Shown here piece by piece: positions 1 through 8,800 of a stretch of 64,000 nucleotides of DNA. How positions within the stretch are numbered: position 1 is the first letter of the stretch; each line of letters starts with the position of its first letter. The DNA is from Armatimonadota bacterium (GTDB lineage Bacteria; Armatimonadota; Fimbriimonadia; Fimbriimonadales; GBS-DC): contig JAIMAN010000003.1 in the NCBI GenBank assembly GCA_023511915.1, positions 1,049 through 65,048 on the forward strand, given 5' to 3'. The position numbers were made by a program, and so were the translations under genes. The notes under the pieces are model-generated. The model saw only the letters and a list, made by a program, of their open reading frames with translations. It searched no databases and was not told the DNA's origin.

Positions 1-993
1 AGCGTCAACTGGCAGCAAATCGGGCAAAGCATGCGCGAGCAGACCCAACGCGGGCTCGACGAACTGCGCCGAACGCTCGATGAACTGGAAAAAGGCGACT
101 GGTCCTTGGGACGGTGGGGCAAGTACGAGACCGGCTTGCAGCAGACGATGGACTTCGCGATTGATGGGGGGCAATCGCTGTCCATCGACCTCCCCGCAGG
201 CGACATCCATATCACAGGCGGTTTCGACGGGGGACGGGTCGAAGCCGACATCCGCCTGCGGGGAGCTTCCCAGCAGAGCGTGGAGGACGCCAAGCAGCGC
301 TACAGCCTGACCATCGAGCAGACCGACACAGGCGTGCGCATCACCGCGCCCGAACTGGACGGCGACTTGCGCCAGAAGGTGAACCTGCGCCTGCGCATCC
401 CGCGCCAAGTGAACCTGCGGGTGCGCATGGAACACAAGGGCGACCTCGAAGTCGAAAAGCTCGACGGCGCGGTTGACCTGCGCACCCCGCACGGCGACAT
501 CACCGTGCGTCACATTCGCGGCAGCGCGACGCTGGAGACGGTCAACGGCGACATCCACATCCACGACCTGCAAGGCGAGCGCGTCGCGATTACCGCCGTC
601 AACGGCGACGCGCGCCTGCACGACCTGCAGGCGGACACCGTGCGCGTGCAACTCACCAACGGCGATATTGAAACCGAGCGCGGCGTTGCCCGTAATTTTA
701 CTGTGGAGACCGTGCGCGGCGATATTCGCTTAGACCTGACGACGCCCGTGCAGGGCGAAGTGCGCCTGACCACCGTGAAAGGCGACATCTCGGTGGAAGT
801 GCCCGACGGCAACGACTGCCGCGTGCAGATGCACACGGTGTCGGGCGACATCGAGTGCGGGCTGGAGTGCCGCGCGGTCGACTCAGGACGCGGCTACTAC
901 ACAGGCGTTGCTGGCGACGGTACGGGAACCCTCGCGCTGGAGACCGTTCATGGGGATGTGCGCGTCGCGCTGCGAGCGCACGAGACGGCTTGA
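1..993 (+). CDS. DUF4097/adhesin-like beta-strand repeat protein (probably 5'-truncated by the window edge)
   Basis: Repeated T-x-x-G-D-I motifs (TPHGDI, TVNGDI, TVRGDI, TVKGDI, TVSGDI); frame is open back to position 1. Confidence 0.8.
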   Translation, partial: SVNWQQIGQSMREQTQRGLDELRRTLDELEKGDWSLGRWGKYETGLQQTMDFAIDGGQSLSIDLPAGDIHITGGFDGGRVEADIRLRGASQQSVEDAKQRYSLTIEQTDTGVRITAPELDGDLRQKVNLRLRIPRQVNLRVRMEHKGDLEVEKLDGAVDLRTPHGDITVRHIRGSATLETVNGDIHIHDLQGERVAITAVNGDARLHDLQADTVRVQLTNGDIETERGVARNFTVETVRGDIRLDLTTPVQGEVRLTTVKGDISVEVPDGNDCRVQMHTVSGDIECGLECRAVDSGRGYYTGVAGDGTGTLALETVHGDVRVALRAHETA

Positions 994-1019
994 GCCAGCA
1001 ACTCAAGGTGAGACCAATC

Positions 1020-1047
1020 GCCCCCGCGCCTGCGGGGGCTTTTTTTT
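1020..1047 (+). terminator. Rho-independent terminator
   Basis: GCCCCCGC-gcct-GCGGGGGC hairpin followed by T8. Confidence 0.85.
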
Positions 1048-1064
1048 CGGGTATCCTACACGGC

Positions 1065-1373
<309 letters not shown>

Positions 1374-1389
1374 TACGGGAGGCGCGACG

Positions 1390-1740
1390 ATGCGAATCGA
1401 ACTGCTGTATTACCCAGAGTGCCCGTCGCACGAGCGCGCGCTGGAGCTGCTGCGCGACGCGCTCGCGTTGGAGGGCATCGACGCGCCCATCGAGGTGATT
1501 CGCATCGACACGCAGCAGCAGGCGGAGCAGTATCGGTTCGTCGGGTCGCCCACAATCCGCATCGACGGACGCGAGGTGCAGCCGCAACCCCACTTGCCCT
1601 ACCGCCTCACCTGCCGCGCGTTCCTGCATGAGGACGGGCGACTCTCGCCCCTGCCCTCGCTGGCGACGCTGCGCGCCGCCCTGCGCAACACACACCCTGA
1701 AGGAGGTGACGAGGATGGAAATCGGTCAATCGGCATATGA
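1390..1740 (+). CDS. small thioredoxin-fold protein (DUF2703-like)
   Basis: N-terminal IELLYYPECPSH, FVGSPTIRIDG, and a CRAF motif. Confidence 0.7.
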   Translation: MRIELLYYPECPSHERALELLRDALALEGIDAPIEVIRIDTQQQAEQYRFVGSPTIRIDGREVQPQPHLPYRLTCRAFLHEDGRLSPLPSLATLRAALRNTHPEGGDEDGNRSIGI

Positions 1741-2239
1741 CTTCGAGTTGCCTGGCGTCGACGGCAAGACCTACTCGCTCAAGGACTTCGCCGACAAGCC
1801 TGTGCTGGTGCTCTTTTTCTGGTGCAACCACTGCCCGTATGTCAAGGCGTATGAAGACCGCGTGATTCAACTGGCGAACGAGTTCAAAGACCGTGTGGCG
1901 TTTGTGGCGATTAACTCGAACGACCCGACCCAGTACCCCGAAGACAGCTTCGAGAACATGAAACGCATCGCCCAGGAGAAGGCGTACCCGTTCCCGTACC
2001 TGTTTGACGAGACTCAGGCGGTTGCACGCGCCTACAAGGCTTCGCGTACACCTGAGTTCTTCGTGTTCGACGAAGAGCGCGACCTGAAGTATCACGGGCG
2101 GTTCGACGACAACTGGGAGCATCCAAACCAGGTGCGTCACGAGTATGTGCGGGACGCGATTCGCAGCCTGCTGGAGAACGACATCCCGCATGTCTCCCAT
2201 GTGCCGCCCATCGGCTGCACGATCAAGTGGAAGCACTAA
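1715..2239 (+). CDS. thioredoxin/AhpC-TSA family protein (PRX-like)
   Basis: FWCNHCPYV, RTPEFFVFD, YHGRFDD, IGCTIKW; AGGAGG RBS at 1701. Confidence 0.88.
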   Translation: MEIGQSAYDFELPGVDGKTYSLKDFADKPVLVLFFWCNHCPYVKAYEDRVIQLANEFKDRVAFVAINSNDPTQYPEDSFENMKRIAQEKAYPFPYLFDETQAVARAYKASRTPEFFVFDEERDLKYHGRFDDNWEHPNQVRHEYVRDAIRSLLENDIPHVSHVPPIGCTIKWKH

Positions 2240-2285
2240 GCAACAGGCTGCAGGTGGACATAACCTGCAGCCTATGTAAAAAAAG

Positions 2286-3109
2286 ATGAAAACCGATCAG
2301 GAGTATCTCGAAGAATTGCTGCTGAGTCCTATGCGAGTAGTGATGGATTATCGCCCACGACTTGGGCAGATGGCTAAAGGGGGCGTATCCGCGAGCGAGT
2401 TTCAAAAATCTACAGCGCAGACCCCTTTTATCACTGGCTGGGGTTGGACGCGCCTGAAATCTACACAGCGCATCGCGTCGCGGGTGGATTAACCAGTCTG
2501 TACCGCCAGATAGGGATTGGATGCGAACGACTGGTGCGAGTGATTATTCAAGATTATCTTGAGTTGTCTACGAAAGACACACAATGGAGCTATATCGTCA
2601 CTGAGAGCGACAAGACGCGAACCATCGAGCTGGACGCGCGGGTCGAGACGGCAACGATTCCAAACCGTGAAAACCGCGAGCGTTTCCAACAGTGGCTGAG
2701 CGAGGTTGCTAACAAGCTTCAAGTAGATACGCCGCTCAAAGGCGCTGTCTTTGAGATACGGCAAGGCTACAAAAGCAAGGACTCCAAACGACAGAATGCA
2801 GACATACAGAGCGCGGCGCGCGCTTACCAGAGCAGTTATCTCCCTTGCATGCTGGTGCTATCGCAACAAATTGATAGCGACTTAGAGCGACGCTATCGAA
2901 ACGCAGGATGGCTCGTGCTTAAGGGGACAACTGAAGGCGACGCCTATCGGTCGTCCTACGCTTTTATGCGCGATGTTGTTGGCTACAACTTGCAGGGACT
3001 ATTCGAGCGTAATCAGCAGATTTTGCGCGAGCGGGTTCGAGAAGCCCTGTTGACACTCCTGCAAGTGGAGGACAAAGCGGATGGAGGCGAAACTCACTCG
3101 TCGCGCTGA
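2286..3109 (+). pseudogene. putative type II restriction endonuclease, frameshifted at an A5 run (2404-2408)
   Basis: ORFs 2286-2492 and 2444-3109 join into one reading (EFQK-IYSADPFYHWLGLDAPEIY) if one A is added; PD-(D/E)xK-like ELDAR...FEIRQGYKSKD; lower GC; overlaps the adjacent MTase. Confidence 0.65.
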
Positions 3110-4295
3110 ATACACCTTTCTGGATAACTTGAAACGGGGGCGGCATCGCTGGCTACGCTTGACCCCCGCTTACTCGGCGCGTCTGGTCGCCGAGCGTTTA
3201 CAACACTACCCTTCCTCAACGCGCGTGTTAGACCCGTTCGGAGGCACGGGCACGACTGCGCTCCTTGCAGCGCAAATGGGCTATCCTGCAACGCTGGTGG
3301 AGATTAACCCGTTCCTCGTCTGGCTGAGCCGCGCGAAGACGCGCATCTACACGCCCGACGCCATCCAATCGGCGCTGGAGTGGGGGCAAATGCTCGTACA
3401 CAAGCGGCGCGACTATACGCATGGCGCTTGCGAGCCGCCTCCCATCCGCGATATTCAGCGATGGTGGGACGCAGAGTCGCTTGCGTGGCTGACTACAATG
3501 CGCACGGCTATACACGCAACTCAAGCGACGGTCGCGCAGGCGTCAGTCGATCTCGTTTGGGTTGCCTTTGCGCAGTGCGTCATCGAGTTCTCGAACGCAT
3601 CGTATCATCACCCGTCGCTCTCGTTTCGCCAAAATCGCCAACTTGCGCTGGACATGCACAGCCACGACCAGCGGTTTCTCGAATATTTGCACGAAACCGC
3701 TCGCGATGCACACTCGAATCCGTGTTTAGAACCATGCGTGATAGAAGCCGACGCCCGCACCCTAACACCTCTGGATGGAAACACCTACGACTTGGTGATT
3801 ACCTCGCCGCCTTATGCAAACCGAATCTCGTACATTCGCGAGTTGCGCCCCTACATGTATTGGCTGGGCTTCCTCACAGATGGCGCGGAAGCGGGAGAGT
3901 TGGACTGGAGGGCAATCGGCGGCACTTGGGGCGTTGCGACCAGTCGACTGAAACTTTGGCAGCCGCAGCTGCCTATACCTGCCAGCGTTGCCGATATAGC
4001 TTCGCGTATTCGCGCGGCGCACCCAACCAACGGCGTGCTGATGGCAAACTATGTCGTGAAATACTTCGAAGACATGCGCTTGCACATTCAGCGACTGACC
4101 AAGCTTCTGGCGTCAGACGCAACAATTCACTACATCGTGGGCAACTCATCGTTCTACGGCGTGCTTGTGCCTGTAGAACAGATACTTGCAGAGTTTTTCG
4201 CCGAGCAAGGCTTTGGCAGTGTCGAAGTCGTTCCCCTTCGCAAAAGAAACTGCAAAAAGGAGTTGCGCGAGTTTGAGATTATCGGGCGACTCTAA
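3081..4295 (+). CDS. DNA amino-methyltransferase, probably N4-cytosine, alpha-type motif order
   Basis: Motif I DPFGGTGTT near the N-terminus and motif IV TSPPY downstream. Confidence 0.85.
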   Translation: MEAKLTRRAEYTFLDNLKRGRHRWLRLTPAYSARLVAERLQHYPSSTRVLDPFGGTGTTALLAAQMGYPATLVEINPFLVWLSRAKTRIYTPDAIQSALEWGQMLVHKRRDYTHGACEPPPIRDIQRWWDAESLAWLTTMRTAIHATQATVAQASVDLVWVAFAQCVIEFSNASYHHPSLSFRQNRQLALDMHSHDQRFLEYLHETARDAHSNPCLEPCVIEADARTLTPLDGNTYDLVITSPPYANRISYIRELRPYMYWLGFLTDGAEAGELDWRAIGGTWGVATSRLKLWQPQLPIPASVADIASRIRAAHPTNGVLMANYVVKYFEDMRLHIQRLTKLLASDATIHYIVGNSSFYGVLVPVEQILAEFFAEQGFGSVEVVPLRKRNCKKELREFEIIGRL

Positions 4296-4324
4296 CCAGG
4301 TGTTCAGGGAGGTATACTCCATCT

Positions 4325-4822
4325 GTGCCAAGCGTACCGGAGTTGCGCTATTTCGAGGCGTCGCCTGAAACGCGCGCGGGAATCGTGGCGCAGTTGCGCG
4401 CGGCTCTTGCCGAGCGCCCCGAAATCCGACTGGCGTACCTGCTGGGGTCGTTCGCGCAGGCGCGCCCCTTCCGCGATATCGACATCGCCGTCTACCTGGA
4501 GCCGACCTTCCTGCAATCGGTAGACCCCCTGCGCTACTGTTTTCAGCTGGCGGACGCGCTGGAGCGGGCGGTCGGCTACCCAGTGGATGTGCATCGGCTC
4601 AACGACGCGCCCTGCGGGTTCCGATTCAGCGCAACCTGTGGGCAGGCGCTGCTCAGCCGCGATGAGGCGTTCCGACTGGAGTGGACGGAGCGCACCTGGC
4701 ACGAGTACGCCGATTTCGAGCCGTACCGCCGCATGTACCTGCGCGAGTGGCTGCGCCCGTTTCGGGAGCTGTATGAGCAACACGCAGAGGCTACTGACGC
4801 GAATCGGCGCGCTGCGCGATAA
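4325..4822 (+). CDS. MntA-like minimal nucleotidyltransferase (type VII TA antitoxin)
   Basis: AYLLGSFAQARPFRDIDIAVY (GS...DxD) and PVDVHRLN; TATACT 6 nt before GTG. Confidence 0.85.
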   Translation: MPSVPELRYFEASPETRAGIVAQLRAALAERPEIRLAYLLGSFAQARPFRDIDIAVYLEPTFLQSVDPLRYCFQLADALERAVGYPVDVHRLNDAPCGFRFSATCGQALLSRDEAFRLEWTERTWHEYADFEPYRRMYLREWLRPFRELYEQHAEATDANRRAAR

Positions 4823-4889
4823 CCTCCAGCGGGTGCGCGAGGGGCTGCAGGACGCCGACGACGCGATCCGCGCGGGTATAATACCCCCG

Positions 4890-5804
4890 ATGGCAAAGAT
4901 CGAGCTGGTCAACCGCAAGTTCCCCGACTGGTTGAAGGTGCGCCTGCCCAAGCCAGAGAAGGTGCAGCAAGTGGAGCAGATGATGCGCGAGGCGCGCCTG
5001 CACACGGTGTGCGAGAGCGCACGCTGCCCGAACCTGCCCGAATGCTGGTCGAAAGGCTCGGCGACCTTCATGATTTTGGGCGACATCTGCACGCGCCACT
5101 GCGGCTTCTGCGCCATCAAGACGGGCAAGCCGCTGGCGTTAGACCCCCAAGAGCCGCAACGCTTGGCAGACGCTGCCCAGCGCATGGGACTCAAACACAT
5201 CGTGGTGACCTCCGTTGCACGGGACGACCTGCCCGACGAAGGCGCAGGGCAGTTCGCCGCGACCATCCGCGCCCTGCACGCGACCATCCCCAACGCGATT
5301 GTCGAAGTGCTGACCCCCGACTTCAAGGCGAAAAGTTGGTGCATCCGCCGCGTGGTGGACGCCGAGCCAGAGATTTTCAACCACAACATCGAGACCGTCG
5401 CCCGCCTGCACGCCATCGTGCGCCCGCAAGCGCGCTATGACCGCTCGCTCAAAGTGCTGGAGATGGTCAAGCAGATGAACCCCGCGATTTACACCAAGTC
5501 GGGCATCATGCTGGGGCTGGGCGAGACGCGCGAGGAGGTGCTGCAGACCATGCGCGATCTGCGCAGCGTCGGCGTTGATGCGCTCACCATCGGGCAGTAC
5601 CTGCGCCCGACCCAACGCCATTTGCCCGTGCAGGAGTATATTCACCCTGACCAGTTCGAGGAGTATCGCGTTTTGGGGGAGGAGATGGGCTTCCTGTTCG
5701 TCGCATCGGGACCGTTCATTCGCAGTTCGTACAATGCGATAGCGTTCTCGCAGCGCGTGATGGCAGAGAGGCTCGCGAAAGTCGGTGCGGCAGAGAGCGC
5801 GTAG
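4890..5804 (+). CDS. lipA: lipoyl synthase
   Basis: CESARCPNLPEC, CTRHCGFC (radical SAM), TIGQYLRP, RSSY; TATAAT 7 nt before ATG. Confidence 0.97.
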   Translation: MAKIELVNRKFPDWLKVRLPKPEKVQQVEQMMREARLHTVCESARCPNLPECWSKGSATFMILGDICTRHCGFCAIKTGKPLALDPQEPQRLADAAQRMGLKHIVVTSVARDDLPDEGAGQFAATIRALHATIPNAIVEVLTPDFKAKSWCIRRVVDAEPEIFNHNIETVARLHAIVRPQARYDRSLKVLEMVKQMNPAIYTKSGIMLGLGETREEVLQTMRDLRSVGVDALTIGQYLRPTQRHLPVQEYIHPDQFEEYRVLGEEMGFLFVASGPFIRSSYNAIAFSQRVMAERLAKVGAAESA

Positions 5805-8800
5805 CCTGCTCTGGCGCGCGGGGCAGTTGCTGCTGATTGCGCTGCCCGTTGCGCTGCTGGGGCTGGCGGGGGCGATGTATCTGTGGCAGGTGAAGCTGGC
5901 GGTCGAGGAGAGCCTGCCGCCCGCGCTGCGCGATTACGCCCGCCGCCAAGCCCAGCTCGATGTGCAGGTCGAGCGCGTTAGCCTGGGCTGGAACCGCATC
6001 TTGCTGACCTATCCCGAGGTGCGCACGCTGTCGGGCGAGCGGTTGCTACGCGCCCGCTATCTGGAGGTGCGCCTACCCGCCGACGGCGCGCCACTGACCA
6101 TCGAGTTAGACCGCCCCGAAGTGTGGCTGCAGCGGGATCGGCAAGGCATGTGGAACATCGACCCGCTGCTGCGCCAGCCGCGCCCGCCTGAACCGACGCC
6201 GTTCACCTTCCGCGTGCGTGCGCAAGGGGGGACACTCTACTTCGACGACTTGCTGCCCGACGCGCCCGTGCGGGCAACCTTGTGGGCGCAGGAGTTCACC
6301 CTGAGCCAGCCGCGCATCGGGCAGGCGATTACCCTGCGGGGCGTCAGCGACGCGCTGGGCGAGGTGCAGGCGCGCGCGCTTTCCGACGGCAAGCGGTGGC
6401 TGATTGAAATCGACGCGGCGCAGGTGCAAGGGGCGCGCTTCAAGCCCTACCTGCCGCGCACCGAGTTCGACCTCGCGCAGGCGACGGGGCAAGTGTCGGC
6501 GCAAATCGTGTACGCGCCCGACCAGCCGCTGCAGGTACAGGGCACGGCGCAAGGCGTCGCGCAGGGGGCGACCTACCGCCGCAGACCGCTGCCGTGGCGC
6601 GAGGCGGCATTCGCGCTAGCGTTCACCGAGTCGCACATCGGCGGCGTCGTGAATACGCGCGACGGTAGCCTGCGCGTGCAGGGCGTTGCGGATTGGTCGG
6701 GGCGCGCGGTGCAGGTGGACGCGCAGGTACGAGCCGTCGGCGAGGACGCCGCCGTGCTGTGGCGACTGCTACGCGACGACCCGCCGAGGGTGCAGGGACG
6801 CTATCAGGCGCAACTGCGTGTGCAAGGCGCGCTGGACGACCTGCAAGCGCAGGGAACAGTCGCCCTTGCGCAGGTGCGCACCCCGCAGGGCGACTTGCGC
6901 AACCTCCGCAGCCCTGTCGCCTTCGCGGGGGGGCAACTGCTGCTGCCCGCGCTGTCTGCCGAGTACGCAAGGCGCACTGTGCAGGGCAAACTATGGCTGG
7001 ACACGCGCCCCGACACGCCCGAACTGCGCCTGTACGCGCGGGTGAACCGCCTGCCCCTGCAGCGCGTGCCCGCCCTACGCGAGGCGCAACTCGGCGGCGA
7101 GGCGGATGTCGCGCTGCTTGCCTACGGACGCCTCGACGCGCCGACAGTGGAGGCGAACCTGCGGATGGACGCGCTGCGCTACGCGAATCAGCGCGTCGGC
7201 GGGCTGCGCGCACGGGTGCAGTACGCCGACGGCGCGCTGACCGTCCCGCTGGCGACGCTGCAGGGCGCGCTCGGCGCAGTGTACCTGTCGGGCGAAGTGC
7301 GCGACCTTGCAAGCGACGACCCGCGCTTCGACCTCAGCATAGACGCCAGCGAGGTTGACCTGAACCTGCTGGCGCAACTGCTGGGCGACGCGAACGGGGC
7401 GGACAAATCGCTGCGACTGGACGGCGTCGGCTACCTCACAGCGCGGGTGCGCGGCAGCCTCCAATCGCCCGAAGCCGTCGCCGAAGCGGTCGTCTTCGAT
7501 GGGCGCGTGGGCGACCTCGGCGCGGAAATCGCCGTCGTAAACCTGAACCTCGTGGAGCGCGAACTGCGCATCACGCAAGCGCAGATCCTGCGCCGCGCGG
7601 CGCAACTAATTGCATCGGGCGCAGTGCAGCTGCCCGAAACACCCGACCAGCCCCCGCGCTTCCAACTCGCGGGCGACCTATACGAGTTCGACTTGGCGAG
7701 TGTGCCCGACTGGCTGCGCCGCGAACTGCCGTTGACGGGGCTGGCGTCGGGCAGGTTCGAGGCGCAGGGCGAGCCGCAGGCGTGGCAACTCCGCGCGAGC
7801 CTGTACGCCGAGAGCTTGCAATACGACCAGACCGTCGTGCGCGACAACACGGCGCAGGTCATCGTACAGGCGCGGGACGGCGCGGTGCAGGTCGATGTGG
7901 TCTCGGCGCAGGCGCGGGTAGGCGACGGCGCGTTGCTTGCCCGCGGGCAGTGGCGCAGCGACGGGCAGTTCGAGGCGCAGTGGCTTCTGGAGAACGCCGC
8001 GCTGGACGCGCTTGCGCCCTACCTGCCTGTGGAGTACCGCCTCACGGGACAGGCGACTGTGCAGGGCGAGGCGTCGGGTACGCCCGACGCGCCGAATGTG
8101 CGCGTGCAACTGCAAGGCAGCCAAATCGCCCTCAACGGCGCACTGTTGGGCGATGTGGAGGGGTGGGTTGCAGTGAGTCCCCGCAGGGAGAGTGATTCCC
8201 CCCTGATAAGGGTACATCGCTTGGGTTCACTGTGGGCGTGGGGTACGCGCTTTGTGTTGCCCTCACCCCCAGCCCCTCTCCCACAGGGTGGGAGAGGGGA
8301 GCCGCGCTTCCCCCCTCGCCCGCTTGCGGGAGAGGGGGGCAAGGGGGGTGAGGGGCAAAAAGGCGCGCCTGCCTCAGAGATTTCGTATCAGACGGCTGTA
8401 CCCTTATCAGGGGCTGGGGTGGGGGCTTTCCAAGCCGACTTCACCCTCCGCACTCCCGACGGCGAGGCGCGCCTTGCCCTGCACGAGTGCGACCTACAGC
8501 GTCAGCAGGTGCATCTGACCGCCGAGACGAGCGCGCTGCCCATCGAGTGGCTGCAGCGGGTGGTTCGTGCCGTGCCCGACGCGCTGCCGCCTGCCGTCGC
8601 CGAGCGCATCGAGACGCTGCAGGGCACGGTACAAGCCTCGCTGCGCCTCGAAGGCGCGCTGCGCGAACCGCTTGCCCAACTGCGCCTGAACGCCGAGCAA
8701 CTGGAGTGGCGCGCACAGTCGCTGGGGAGCCTCAGCCTGCAGGCGGAATGGGTTGGGCTGTCCAGCGGGGACGCCCCCGACGCTGACACCGACCTCGCCC

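Noticed and set aside
1390-1740. Selenoprotein (this family can carry Sec)
   Set aside because: The active-site codon is TGC and there is no in-frame TGA
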